Source: a virus
Lineage: Duplodnaviria; Caudoviricetes
Direction: 5' to 3' (one strand)
DNA: 64,000 nt
IMG/VR virus record: IMGVR_UViG_3300047564_001818
In this document: positions 15,974 through 25,566 of the stretch, in pieces
Numbering within the stretch: the first letter of the stretch is position 1
How the letters are laid out: each line of letters starts with the position of its first letter
The notes under the pieces: model-generated
What the model was told of the DNA's origin: nothing
Seen by the model: the letters and a program-made list of their open reading frames with translations, nothing else
Database searches by the model: none
Program-made: the position numbers and the translations under genes

Positions 15974-16828
15974 CTGTTTAAGTGGTAGGCCTTGTGCTAT
16001 TTCTTCCGCAGTCCATTCTGTATAAGCATAATCGTTTAACCATTGTGTTCTGTCTAGCATCAACGGATTTTCTATGTCGTGTAAGAAATCTATGTCGTTG
16101 GCTACATCATAAGCAAGGCTATGATTACTAACAAAGCTAGGAATCCCGTTGATAACACTGTGTATGCCAGGATTGCTACTCCAATTAATAGTAGCAAATA
16201 TATTGTCAAAAGCCATATTAAAATCGTCGTAAGTACCGTCAATGTGCTGTGGTTCCTGTCTGTACACATATTTAAGTCCGTGTTCTATATCAGGTAATCT
16301 ACATCTAGGATGTGGACGAAATATAATAGGCCTAAGTGTATGCTTGCGTATTTCAGTATAAACTTTTAAAAACCAGTTGCTTATACTGGGTTGATTTTGC
16401 CATTGTAAGCTCTTATCGTGTTGCCCAGCAATAAGAATGTATTCTCCAGTTGTACGCCAAGGCTTAACTGTTAGACCTAGTGTCTGCGCTCTCTCTCCAG
16501 TATTTCCGCTATCACAGAAGTAGGCGTCGCGGTTGATGCCATTAAGGCCGACCTTCCACGTTGTGCCTCTTTGTATGCCCCCCACTTCAAGAACAATGAT
16601 AGGTTTATTACTAGCAGTGACAGCGTTCCAGATATTACGATTGCTAGCCATGCGGCCGTGAAATAAAACACTCCAAATAACATGAACATCGGAATCGACA
16701 TAATTAGTAGAATTGGAAATAATACCACCACTGCTAGTAACAGCATTAGCAAAGGCATCAAAAACAGGACGTGAATTAAGCGCACCGTATTCTCTCCACA
16801 GTTTAAATTTTTTGCCAGTAAGGTTCAT
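15953..16828 (-). CDS. capsule-synthesis (KpsS/KpsC-like) glycosyltransferase
   Basis: GQHDKSLQ, IFRPHP, NWSSNPGIHSVINGIP. Confidence 0.6.
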   Translation of the reverse strand: MNLTGKKFKLWREYGALNSRPVFDAFANAVTSSGGIISNSTNYVDSDVHVIWSVLFHGRMASNRNIWNAVTASNKPIIVLEVGGIQRGTTWKVGLNGINRDAYFCDSGNTGERAQTLGLTVKPWRTTGEYILIAGQHDKSLQWQNQPSISNWFLKVYTEIRKHTLRPIIFRPHPRCRLPDIEHGLKYVYRQEPQHIDGTYDDFNMAFDNIFATINWSSNPGIHSVINGIPSFVSNHSLAYDVANDIDFLHDIENPLMLDRTQWLNDYAYTEWTAEEIAQGLPLKQLTHKLF

Positions 16829-17651
16829 TTCTATGACCCATTAGATCTTTGCATTTACTAGCGCCTTCAAACTTGCGATCGCCTTTCATGTGATCCATCC
16901 AACGTCCTAGTTTACTATTGATCAATGGATGGCCGCCGCCGCCTGTTTTAGCAGTATTTGACAAGTATATTTCAGCTGAATAATCTAATACATTAGGTGC
17001 TGTTTGTTTCATATTTTCTAATATATGGCCAAAAACAAAACTGTCATGCCATTCATCTAACATAAAGATCCCATTCTCTGCATCTTTATACATTCGTTCA
17101 AACTCTGTTAAAAATTCTTGACACACTGGGTCTTTTAGATTCATTCCATAAAACCCACACTCAGGCCAAGTCTGACTTCCTTTACCTCGACCTACATATG
17201 TAATCCAACTGGTATTAGGAAGCAGATCACAAAAATCATTATAATCCCACGGTGAGTGTATAAAACTGTCAGCATCCATCCATACACACCAGTCTATTGA
17301 ACGTTCGCAAGCATCAAACACAGCATATACTTTGTTGGCAAATCTTACTGCGTCCCATTTAAATTCTTTGTTCCAGTCTCTTAGTCTGCGTTCTGGCCAC
17401 GGACATTTACCATTTGCTTTAGGCACATCCTTCCATTGTTCTTTAAATGCATTTAATTTTGGTAATGATTTTTTAGCATCTAATATTTCTATACGCATAG
17501 GATCAGGGTTATTAGGCATGCAATCTTCAGCATAAACTAAAAGTTTAATTCGTTTGTCTACGTGTCTAGCAAAGCTATCTAAAAATTTTTCTCCATAAAC
17601 ACTATAATGTTTGTTATGAAAGGTAGTTACTACTGTAATGTGTTTTGTCAT
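16803..17651 (-). CDS. GT-A-like glycosyltransferase
   Basis: RFANKVYA, WMDADS DxD motif; ATGA coupling to the upstream gene. Confidence 0.7.
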   Translation of the reverse strand: MTKHITVVTTFHNKHYSVYGEKFLDSFARHVDKRIKLLVYAEDCMPNNPDPMRIEILDAKKSLPKLNAFKEQWKDVPKANGKCPWPERRLRDWNKEFKWDAVRFANKVYAVFDACERSIDWCVWMDADSFIHSPWDYNDFCDLLPNTSWITYVGRGKGSQTWPECGFYGMNLKDPVCQEFLTEFERMYKDAENGIFMLDEWHDSFVFGHILENMKQTAPNVLDYSAEIYLSNTAKTGGGGHPLINSKLGRWMDHMKGDRKFEGASKCKDLMGHRNEPYWQKI

Positions 17652-18580
17652 TTTTTGGCCCAATTCCTTAGATGCTTCCATGCAGTTCCGTCTTTGAGTT
17701 CGCTTAAACTCCAGTGCATTTGTGCCATTTTCTTTACCCATAATTCTCTATCGAATTCTTTAATATTTTCTAATCGTGACAAATCATGATGAGAAACTTC
17801 AGCTGCTTGACTGTGCTTTGGATCAAGCACGAATGTAGGTACACCTTCTATAGCCGCGGCCACTGCTGGACTTGAATTATAATTTATTACTGCGTGTGCA
17901 AACTTAAAATCCTGAAGTATGCTTTCGTTATGACTAATAACTACGTTTGATAACCTATATCTTGCTAAAGATCTTTTATGAGTTAGCACATTTTTATCGC
18001 CTGGATGAAATCTTACTATTATACGTCTATCGCTATATTTCCTGATGTCAGTTACAGTTTTTACCAACCAAGGTAATAGTTTATTATCTCCCATGCTCCA
18101 ACCTCCGTCTCGTTGACAACAGATTAGTATGTCCTTACCTGTTTTCTGTAACGGTTTGAGAGTTAGGTTAAGATTCTTACTAATTGTTTCCCATCTTTCA
18201 GGATCAGGATTGCTATTACAGTATTCTCCTGTATTAGGAAAAATACCGTCATAACTGTATCTCAAATAACCTCTGCTGTTGCCAGAGTCTGCATATAAAA
18301 AGAGATTACTGTCAACAATAATGCTTCTTTTACCATCTCGCTGTTGTTTTTCAAATACTTCTTTTCTTAGATTAAGGTGAGGTACATTTTTGCTACCAGG
18401 ATGTACATAACCTTGTACAACAGCTACATCAGCATCGATGGGATTGTAATCAGTTACTATAGTTCCTTCATCGCCGCAGCGCCATACACCTTCTATAAAA
18501 TTTACAATAATAGCAGGCTTTTCTGGATTGGTATTTCCTGGCGGAATGCCCATTAAGTACGACGCTACTTTAGTAGTCAT
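17648..18580 (-). CDS. capsule-synthesis (KpsS/KpsC-like) glycosyltransferase
   Basis: VRFHP, NYNSSPAVAAAIEGVP. Confidence 0.6.
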   Translation of the reverse strand: MTTKVASYLMGIPPGNTNPEKPAIIVNFIEGVWRCGDEGTIVTDYNPIDADVAVVQGYVHPGSKNVPHLNLRKEVFEKQQRDGKRSIIVDSNLFLYADSGNSRGYLRYSYDGIFPNTGEYCNSNPDPERWETISKNLNLTLKPLQKTGKDILICCQRDGGWSMGDNKLLPWLVKTVTDIRKYSDRRIIVRFHPGDKNVLTHKRSLARYRLSNVVISHNESILQDFKFAHAVINYNSSPAVAAAIEGVPTFVLDPKHSQAAEVSHHDLSRLENIKEFDRELWVKKMAQMHWSLSELKDGTAWKHLRNWAKK

Positions 18581-19383
18581 TTTAGATCATACTCCTCTAT
18601 TAATCGCATTGCAGTTCCATTTAGCATTTCTTCAGGAGTATACTGACAGTGTCCTAGCCAATGCTGCCATTTAATTACTTTGGATTCATCTTCATACAAC
18701 GGTGTTTCTATTTTGCTAAGATCTTTTAAACAGAAAGGATCTGCTGCATTTGGTGCAAGTGTAAAACATGGAATACCGTAACCTATTGCTTCAGTGGCTG
18801 CTATACTGTTGTACGTAACTACAGCAAATATACCGTCTTCTTCAAATTGATTGTATATGCTCTTATCACCTGTTCGATCTTTTCTTAGGCCTTTATTTCT
18901 TATTATAATTTTTCTATCAGTGTGTTTGGTTAATTCTGTAATAGTATTTTCTAACCATTCGTCTCTGTTTATACCGTAAAAGTTACAAGGTTTATCGCTA
19001 GGAGTAACAATTAAAATATTATCTCCATCTTTTCGCCATTTATTAAAACGCACAAATTCTTGACCATTAATTATAAAATTAAATCGATTGTCTGGCAAAT
19101 CGTATCTAATATTAGAGTGTTGCATTCCGTTTTTTACCACACGATGCCAGTCCTTTCTTTTAAATAAATTTCCGTAATAACCTGTGTCTATATAAAAATA
19201 ATCTCTATTTGTTTTAACGCATTCTGATACAGTTTTACGCTGAGCCATACTTCTAAAAATAACAGGAATATCCTTGTTGAAATTCTTTAAATCTTTATAG
19301 GTAGATATAGGAGTTGCGTTGACAGACTTAGCTAGACATCCAACAATAGCATCATTTACATCAATGGCTAACATGTCAGTCAT
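18577..19383 (-). CDS. capsule-synthesis (KpsS/KpsC-like) protein
   Basis: TYNSIAATEAIGYGIP; HP motif replaced by RNK. Confidence 0.5.
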   Translation of the reverse strand: MTDMLAIDVNDAIVGCLAKSVNATPISTYKDLKNFNKDIPVIFRSMAQRKTVSECVKTNRDYFYIDTGYYGNLFKRKDWHRVVKNGMQHSNIRYDLPDNRFNFIINGQEFVRFNKWRKDGDNILIVTPSDKPCNFYGINRDEWLENTITELTKHTDRKIIIRNKGLRKDRTGDKSIYNQFEEDGIFAVVTYNSIAATEAIGYGIPCFTLAPNAADPFCLKDLSKIETPLYEDESKVIKWQHWLGHCQYTPEEMLNGTAMRLIEEYDLK

Positions 19384-20053
19384 TCATCATTGCCTGTAAT
19401 TCTTCTTTCCATATTTCATGGAATTTGCAGTTTCTATAATGTTCAAACCAAGGACCGCCTTCGGTATAATGAATTAGGTTAGGAACATCAATATCATCAT
19501 ACACACCTACTAGATAATTCCAAGTATGATCTAGAGATCCAATTTCTTCATCTTTTAACCAGCTAAATCTGTGTAGATAGGCACCAGTTATGCTAGGATC
19601 GTTAACTAGTTCTTTTGTAAGCTGCTTGTTACTAGGATGACTGCAATTGATAAGCATAGCACTCGACCAATTTTTGCGTGGGTAAACAGTCTGTTTTTGA
19701 CCGTCCATCTTTGTGCCTTCTGCCACAGCGTAATCATGCTGAACACACATTACAGCATAACGATCGTCTGCTTGATCAAACAATTCTTTGATGTCTGTAG
19801 TGAGAATCATATCACAATCCATAAACAATGCCCAACCACTAAAATCAGTTAGTTCAGGAATAAGGAAACGAGTAAACGTAAATTCTGTGCTTGCTAGTTT
19901 GTCAACATCTCTCCAATACATGCCCTGTTCTCTGAGCTCAGGTTGCTTCAACGGAACAACTTCTGCTGCAGGTTGTCTACTTATAATACTATGCTTGCAC
20001 ACTTGATATGCAATGTCTTCTCTACTGTCCCATCCTACAAATATTTTCATCAA
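19376..20053 (-). CDS. GT-A glycosyltransferase (GT8-like)
   Basis: IFVGWDSRE, TEFTFTRF, FMDCDM, RKNWSS, HYTEGGPW. Confidence 0.85.
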   Translation of the reverse strand: MMKIFVGWDSREDIAYQVCKHSIISRQPAAEVVPLKQPELREQGMYWRDVDKLASTEFTFTRFLIPELTDFSGWALFMDCDMILTTDIKELFDQADDRYAVMCVQHDYAVAEGTKMDGQKQTVYPRKNWSSAMLINCSHPSNKQLTKELVNDPSITGAYLHRFSWLKDEEIGSLDHTWNYLVGVYDDIDVPNLIHYTEGGPWFEHYRNCKFHEIWKEELQAMMND

Positions 20054-20826
20054 TCTCTTCTTTCAATATCTTCTTCTATACATTTATCACCATATTGTAC
20101 TTCTAATATATGGCAAGGCTGGTCTGTTTCATTAATAGCTTTGTGCCAAACTTCGACGCCAACAACATAGGTACTGTTTTGATAAAGGTGTTGGGAGTCT
20201 TTGCGATTGTTAAATTCAGTATCCATTCTAAGGGTTCCACTTAGAACATACCAGTGTTCAGCTCTAAAACTGTGCCGCTGATCTGATAGACTACACATAG
20301 GATTTATTACAAGTTCTTTTACTTTAATTCCTTGATTGGGTTTGTCATCCAGTACTCGCCAATATCCCCAAGGACGTTCAGTTTTTTGTGTGCGCCAGCT
20401 ATCTAATATCCAGCTTGATGAATTACGTTTATCTTCGCCGCCGATGCCCCATGCAAACTCTAATCCATAGGTATTTTTGTACAATTCATATTCAGGAGTA
20501 GTACCGTTATTTCTATCTCCGCCGTTTGCAAATATTACAGTATTGCTTTCTCCGTAGGTGCTTAACATTTTGTAGATAGCATGGCAAGCTGTTCCGTCTT
20601 CGTCGTTAAATGCAACAACATCATCTACCATTTTGAGATTTTTTATAATAGCTGCACGTTCTTCCCACGGCATAAAAGGACGACCTTTTTTTCGAGCAAG
20701 CCAAGCATCACTGTTTAAACCAACAACCAGGCGATCGCCCAAATGTCGCGCTGCTTTAAAATACTCAATGTGTCCTGAGTGTAGAGGATCAAAGCCTCCT
20801 GTTACAAGTACTATACGTTTGTTCAT
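20050..20826 (-). CDS. cytidylyltransferase-like nucleotidyltransferase fused to a PMI-type cupin
   Basis: GGFDPLHSGH, GLNSD, FANGGDR; C-terminal RPWG...RAEHWYVLSG...EEDIER. Confidence 0.85.
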   Translation of the reverse strand: MNKRIVLVTGGFDPLHSGHIEYFKAARHLGDRLVVGLNSDAWLARKKGRPFMPWEERAAIIKNLKMVDDVVAFNDEDGTACHAIYKMLSTYGESNTVIFANGGDRNNGTTPEYELYKNTYGLEFAWGIGGEDKRNSSSWILDSWRTQKTERPWGYWRVLDDKPNQGIKVKELVINPMCSLSDQRHSFRAEHWYVLSGTLRMDTEFNNRKDSQHLYQNSTYVVGVEVWHKAINETDQPCHILEVQYGDKCIEEDIERRD

Positions 20827-20831
20827 ACAGA

Positions 20832-20839
20832 TATTTATA
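20832..20839 (-). promoter_or_regulatory. T4-type late promoter heading the glycosyltransferase operon
   Basis: exact TATAAATA 5 nt upstream of ATG. Confidence 0.7.
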
Positions 20840-20854
20840 TGAGCAGTTAATTGG

Positions 20855-21379
20855 TTAAATTATTTTTTGTCCTACAAACACATGATCCTTCCACCTAAAA
20901 GAATCCTTTGCAGTAGCGTTATAATCTATCCAATTATGTAAAAGTTTTATTTCACACTCTTCTGCAATAGCTTTAAAAGAATCATCCATAAATCTCCAGC
21001 AGTCTCTAACATCATGTCTAGGCCCAGAACTGGGAGCAATCAATATCATATGTCCACCATTTTTTAAGACACGCTTCATTTCTAATACGCTTCGAAACGG
21101 ATTTTTTACATGTTCTAGTACCTGGCCAGAAACAATCAAATCAATACTGTTATCATCAAAAGGCAACTCATATTCTCCTAGCATAACATGTGTTACATTT
21201 TCTCCAGGAATAATATCTGCTATGTAATAATTTAAAATTGGAATTGAAAATAATGATTTATAAGATCTGTCTCCATTTAAACCACGACCGCCTATATCTA
21301 AGATATTTAGATTAGATCTTTTATTAATCTCAATAAGAGAAAGTGCAATTTTCATATTTTCAATTGAAGAAGTGTGCAT
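20855..21379 (-). CDS. class I SAM-dependent methyltransferase
   Basis: ILDIGG, DLIVSGQVLEHV. Confidence 0.85.
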   Translation of the reverse strand: MHTSSIENMKIALSLIEINKRSNLNILDIGGRGLNGDRSYKSLFSIPILNYYIADIIPGENVTHVMLGEYELPFDDNSIDLIVSGQVLEHVKNPFRSVLEMKRVLKNGGHMILIAPSSGPRHDVRDCWRFMDDSFKAIAEECEIKLLHNWIDYNATAKDSFRWKDHVFVGQKII

Positions 21380-21975
21380 TAAAAAACTTCCTTTATAAGA
21401 TCTTGATATGTAATTAAAGGTAGATCATATACGTTTTTTTCATAAAATGTCCATGAATTTTCGACATTAAATTTTTTAGGAACTTGAGATTCTTTTTTTA
21501 TAAATCCACATCCTTCATCTATTAACACTAATTTAAATAAAATGTCTTCTCGAGATGCTAGATCAAAACTTAATCTCCATACATCCCCTAGCCATGTTTT
21601 AGGAAAAGGATCGGGAATAGGAACAACAGCTTCGTCTTGGATTCTAGGTAACATGTCATGAATTATTATTATTCCATTATCGTTCAAACAGTTTAAAGAA
21701 TTTTCAAAATCCTTTAATACCTGTTCATAATAATGTAATCCATCTATAAATATCACATCAAAGGTGTCTGTATTTTGAAGGAAAAATTCATCACTAGTCA
21801 TTCTTCTATTTCCACCTTGAACGGGATCAACACCAATTTTGTAACTGCATTTTGCGTTGTTAAAAATTTTATCTTTAAAGCAACCTATTTCTAAATATTT
21901 TTTTGCGTTTGTTTTGTCAATAGACAAATTAATCAAATCTAACCTAGATTCGTTAGTAAATGAAAAGTTAAGCAT
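21379..21975 (-). CDS. class I SAM-dependent methyltransferase (Methyltransf_24-like)
   Basis: YLEIGC, FDVIFIDGLH, IIIIHD. Confidence 0.85.
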   Translation of the reverse strand: MLNFSFTNESRLDLINLSIDKTNAKKYLEIGCFKDKIFNNAKCSYKIGVDPVQGGNRRMTSDEFFLQNTDTFDVIFIDGLHYYEQVLKDFENSLNCLNDNGIIIIHDMLPRIQDEAVVPIPDPFPKTWLGDVWRLSFDLASREDILFKLVLIDEGCGFIKKESQVPKKFNVENSWTFYEKNVYDLPLITYQDLIKEVF

Positions 21976-22870
21976 TTAACATTTCCTTAATATATTCTTC
22001 GATGTTTTTAGTAGGCTGCCAACCAAATGTTTCTTTTAATTTATTATTATTAGCAAGAGTTTCCTTTGCTTCACCTAATCTAGAATCAATAAAAACAGTG
22101 CTTTTACTAATCATGTCTGCTAATTCAAGAACACTATAATTTATACCGGTTCCTACATTAAACACAGTTCCATAAAGATTGTGATCGTCATGTGTCATTG
22201 CTAACATATTAGCAGAAACAACGTCGTCTACATGTGTAAAATCTCTACGCTGTGTTCCAGGAGGCACAATTGTTAATGATTGTCGAGCTTTAAATTGTCT
22301 AATAAAAAGTCCCACAACAGGAGCATATGGACCCTTTAATGGTTCTCTCGGGCCGTACACATTAAAATATCGAAAAATAATAGTCTTTAGACCAAAAAGA
22401 TCTGTATACATTTTACAAAGTTTTTCACCGGCAACTTTTGATACACTGTAGGGATTTAGGCAATCATCTGGCATAGTTTCGTTAAGTGGAGGATTGTTTA
22501 TTCTTCCATACCCTGAACTAGTACTACTGTATATAACTTTTTTTACGTTAGCTTCTCTAGAACATTGTAATACCGTTGCAGTACCTAACGTATTAGTTTT
22601 AACAGCAAGTAAAGGATTGTTAATAGACGGTTGTATTCTTGATTCTGCTGCGCAATGAAATACATAATCTACATTTTCATAAAGTGTTCTTGTATTTTCG
22701 TAATCAGCTATATCTAATTTGTAGTATTTTGCTTTGTTATTATAATAAAAATTATTGTGTACTTGAGATGTTTCGTTGTCTATAACAGTAACTTCATAAT
22801 TATCATTTACTAGTTTATCAACAATATGAGAGCCAATAAAGCCGGCGCCACCAGTAACTATACATTTCAT
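21968..22870 (-). CDS. NAD-dependent nucleotide-sugar epimerase/dehydratase
   Basis: TGGAGFIG, YSVSK (YxxxK), RYFNVYGP, RDFTHV. Confidence 0.92.
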   Translation of the reverse strand: MKCIVTGGAGFIGSHIVDKLVNDNYEVTVIDNETSQVHNNFYYNNKAKYYKLDIADYENTRTLYENVDYVFHCAAESRIQPSINNPLLAVKTNTLGTATVLQCSREANVKKVIYSSTSSGYGRINNPPLNETMPDDCLNPYSVSKVAGEKLCKMYTDLFGLKTIIFRYFNVYGPREPLKGPYAPVVGLFIRQFKARQSLTIVPPGTQRRDFTHVDDVVSANMLAMTHDDHNLYGTVFNVGTGINYSVLELADMISKSTVFIDSRLGEAKETLANNNKLKETFGWQPTKNIEEYIKEMLNA

Positions 22871-22896
22871 TTTTAATCCTTGATAAATTAACTGTG

Positions 22897-22915
22897 TATT
22901 TATCTCCAATAAATA
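22897..22915. promoter_or_regulatory. back-to-back late promoters
   Basis: TATTTAT (22897-22903, minus) and ATAAATA (22909-22915, plus). Confidence 0.55.
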
Positions 22916-22934
22916 TTACTTTAATGAGATCTCA

Positions 22935-23567
22935 ATGAAAAAAATTATATTTCAAATCAATGTTCCTAATCATATACAAACAACTAATCTTACAGCGTAT
23001 TCTTTTATTTCAGAAATGTATGAAGTAAGCGAAAGAAATGCAAAGATGTACGCTAAAAAATGTGAGGCGGACTATTATAAAGTTTCAGTTGCTGATGATT
23101 TTCTTCCTGCAAAAGGAAAACATCTCGATTATCAAAAATTAAAAATATATGATTTTATTGATTATGACAGAGTTGTATACCTTGATTCAGATTTTATTAT
23201 CAAAGATAATGCACCTAATATTTTTAATCTTTGCGGGGATAATTTTGCTGCTGTAATAGACCCTGGAAAAACTGTTGGCGAGTTAGCATCTAATTTAGGT
23301 ATTCCTAGAGACAATTATTTTAATGCAGGATTTATGCATATTACTAAAAATGTATTAAACAAAACAAAGGAATTTCTTGCAGAATATCTTGAAAAAGAAT
23401 ATGAATATCAAGGACAAGGTCTGCTTAACAAGTTGTTTTATGATAAAAATATTAATATAAAGCAGTTAGATGCTAGAGAATGGAATCCTGTTAACAAAAC
23501 ATTTGGATTATATGCCGATCATTATGCAGGCGGCAGAAAAAGAAAATGGGGTACAGTTATCTACTAA
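22935..23567 (+). CDS. GT8-like glycosyltransferase
   Basis: YLDSDF DxD motif, YFNAGF, QGLLN. Confidence 0.75.
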   Translation: MKKIIFQINVPNHIQTTNLTAYSFISEMYEVSERNAKMYAKKCEADYYKVSVADDFLPAKGKHLDYQKLKIYDFIDYDRVVYLDSDFIIKDNAPNIFNLCGDNFAAVIDPGKTVGELASNLGIPRDNYFNAGFMHITKNVLNKTKEFLAEYLEKEYEYQGQGLLNKLFYDKNINIKQLDAREWNPVNKTFGLYADHYAGGRKRKWGTVIY

Positions 23568-24139
23568 ACTGAGTTTAGATGCCATGTAAAACTAAAGTTA
23601 TGATTTTCTAATGTTACAATATTATTCAAATCAAAACTCATATCTACTATGCCAGTGTTTAACATTGTATCAGCTGGCATAACTCCTTCATTTTTTGAAA
23701 ATGTAACTAATTTTTCAGCACCTTGAGGTGAAACACAATATCCAGCACCGCTAGCCCACCAATCTCCTATGTATATAGGTTTAGCTAAAGAGCCTTTTAC
23801 AAATTTATATACGTCAGTGAATTCTATTTGTGGAAAGGGTGCATTAATAATTACGTCATGTTCGAATATACAGATTGATTCGTTTAACTCTATACTTTTT
23901 TGCCATAAACTATAATGACTTAACAAACAACCTACAGTTCCCGGACGTTCAAACGATTTTCTACTTTTGCGATGATTTGGATTTCTAAAAAGATCAAATT
24001 CTTCTAATGAATGATGCAGACCATTTATACCTTCAAAATATTCAATGTTCCAATTATGATTAATTGCAGAATTGTATGCGTTTGTTGACCATTCTACACT
24101 ATTAGGAAAATCTGATAAACGTATTATATAACTTTTCAT
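23564..24139 (-). CDS. GT25-family glycosyltransferase
   Basis: GCLLSHYSLW, IFEHDV, GYCVSPQGA. Confidence 0.8.
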   Translation of the reverse strand: MKSYIIRLSDFPNSVEWSTNAYNSAINHNWNIEYFEGINGLHHSLEEFDLFRNPNHRKSRKSFERPGTVGCLLSHYSLWQKSIELNESICIFEHDVIINAPFPQIEFTDVYKFVKGSLAKPIYIGDWWASGAGYCVSPQGAEKLVTFSKNEGVMPADTMLNTGIVDMSFDLNNIVTLENHNFSFTWHLNSV

Positions 24140-24900
24140 TCTTTAAAATTTTTCCAAATCTGAATTTCGTTAATAAAAGTTTCTTCAGATTTTTTGTTGC
24201 CTTTGGCAGTTTTAAAATAAGAATTGTTCTTTTTTAAATTCCAAGAATTCCATGTAAAAGGCAAAGATTCAAAATCTGTTTGATCAAATTCTTCTTTTAG
24301 AACAACTTGGTCAATATACCAATATGCATTTTGAGAAAAAGCATTAAAAAGTTTAGTAGCTAGAGATTTTCTAAACTCATTACCTACAATTCCTGCACCG
24401 AATGATACAATACTAGCCATAATTTTATCTGGAGATTTTGGTTTGCGCATTGCTCGTGGTGTACTTGCGGCCCATAAAAATTGTTCTTGAGGTATAGGCT
24501 GATACAATAAACTATCACAGTCTACTTGCAATACATGATGATGTTCATTAAAAATTTTATCTACTTGCATAAATCTTGCACAAGAATAATACAATATTTC
24601 AGGAGTAACTATCAATCCATATTTTCCGATTGGACCGTTATCTTTAAACGGTATACTATTTAAAAATTCTTGATCTATAATTTCGTAGCTGTGTGTTGTT
24701 CTCGGAAATTCTTCAAACGTAATATTGGGATTTTTTGTAATAACATGGCAATGAACACTAATCCAATCCATTTGATAGATAATACTTTTTATTAGTGCAA
24801 CAGCATATTCTTCGTAATATTTTTCATCACAACTAAAATATATAATATTTTTTTCACTAGGAAGTGTGCCGTTTATTTTAGGTAATTTAAAGGCTTGCAT
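24136..24900 (-). CDS. putative glycosyltransferase
   Basis: YSCARF, QVDCDS, WYIDQVVL; cluster context. Confidence 0.55.
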   Translation of the reverse strand: MQAFKLPKINGTLPSEKNIIYFSCDEKYYEEYAVALIKSIIYQMDWISVHCHVITKNPNITFEEFPRTTHSYEIIDQEFLNSIPFKDNGPIGKYGLIVTPEILYYSCARFMQVDKIFNEHHHVLQVDCDSLLYQPIPQEQFLWAASTPRAMRKPKSPDKIMASIVSFGAGIVGNEFRKSLATKLFNAFSQNAYWYIDQVVLKEEFDQTDFESLPFTWNSWNLKKNNSYFKTAKGNKKSEETFINEIQIWKNFKE

Positions 24901-25342
24901 CTTCCATCCCTGCTACTCGCAACTTTACAATATTAGTTATCTGCCATTGCTTTTGATCAAGTGCCTTGAGAACACCTAACCATTTGTTGCGAATAAGAGC
25001 AAACTCGTTGATAATTTTTTCGTAATCAACAACGTCTGCTTCACCGTCGACATATTTTTCTACGTCACGGCTTGACAGGGCACGTGGATAGTTTTCAAGA
25101 TATTTTTTAAAATAAGAACTGCGCAATCTACGCAGTTCTATGTTTAGATATTCTAGAATTGCTTCTAGTTCTTGCAATTGATTAAAACGTTGCTCAACAA
25201 TGCCGGGCATTTCTGCTGCGGCACGTTCAATTGAACCTTTAATTTTTACTTCATAACGAGCTTGATTAAGTTCGTCTTCAAAGTATTGTATTGCTTCAGG
25301 AATACGTGAGATATCTCTCGATATTTCTGAATACCATCCCAT
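24887..25342 (-). CDS. uvsY: recombination mediator UvsY-like
   Basis: Coiled-coil; LSSRDVEKYVDGE; downstream of uvsX. Confidence 0.75.
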   Translation of the reverse strand: MGWYSEISRDISRIPEAIQYFEDELNQARYEVKIKGSIERAAAEMPGIVEQRFNQLQELEAILEYLNIELRRLRSSYFKKYLENYPRALSSRDVEKYVDGEADVVDYEKIINEFALIRNKWLGVLKALDQKQWQITNIVKLRVAGMEDASL

Positions 25343-25566
25343 TACTCGTCCCAATCCTCATCGTCTTGATCAATGTCCATGTCTAGATAGTAGCCTATAG
25401 CTGCATCAAGATCAGCGTCTACCCCCAGTACATCCTTAAACACATTGTCGTCTACTCCATAGTCAGCTAGTAGATCAACAAACTTTTCTGCTACAATTTC
25501 TACCTGCTTTTTATCAACATACTCTTTAAACAGTGTCCAGATATCACCAATCTGTCCTTCATTCAT
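25342..25566 (-). CDS. acidic hypothetical protein
   Basis: 74-aa ORF between uvsX and uvsY. Confidence 0.65.
   Translation of the reverse strand: MNEGQIGDIWTLFKEYVDKKQVEIVAEKFVDLLADYGVDDNVFKDVLGVDADLDAAIGYYLDMDIDQDDEDWDE

Noticed and set aside
16477-16785. Very hydrophobic 102-aa alternative-frame ORF (holin-like)
   Set aside because: Fully nested in another frame of a conserved glycosyltransferase; hydrophobicity likely a frame-shift artefact; no RBS noted
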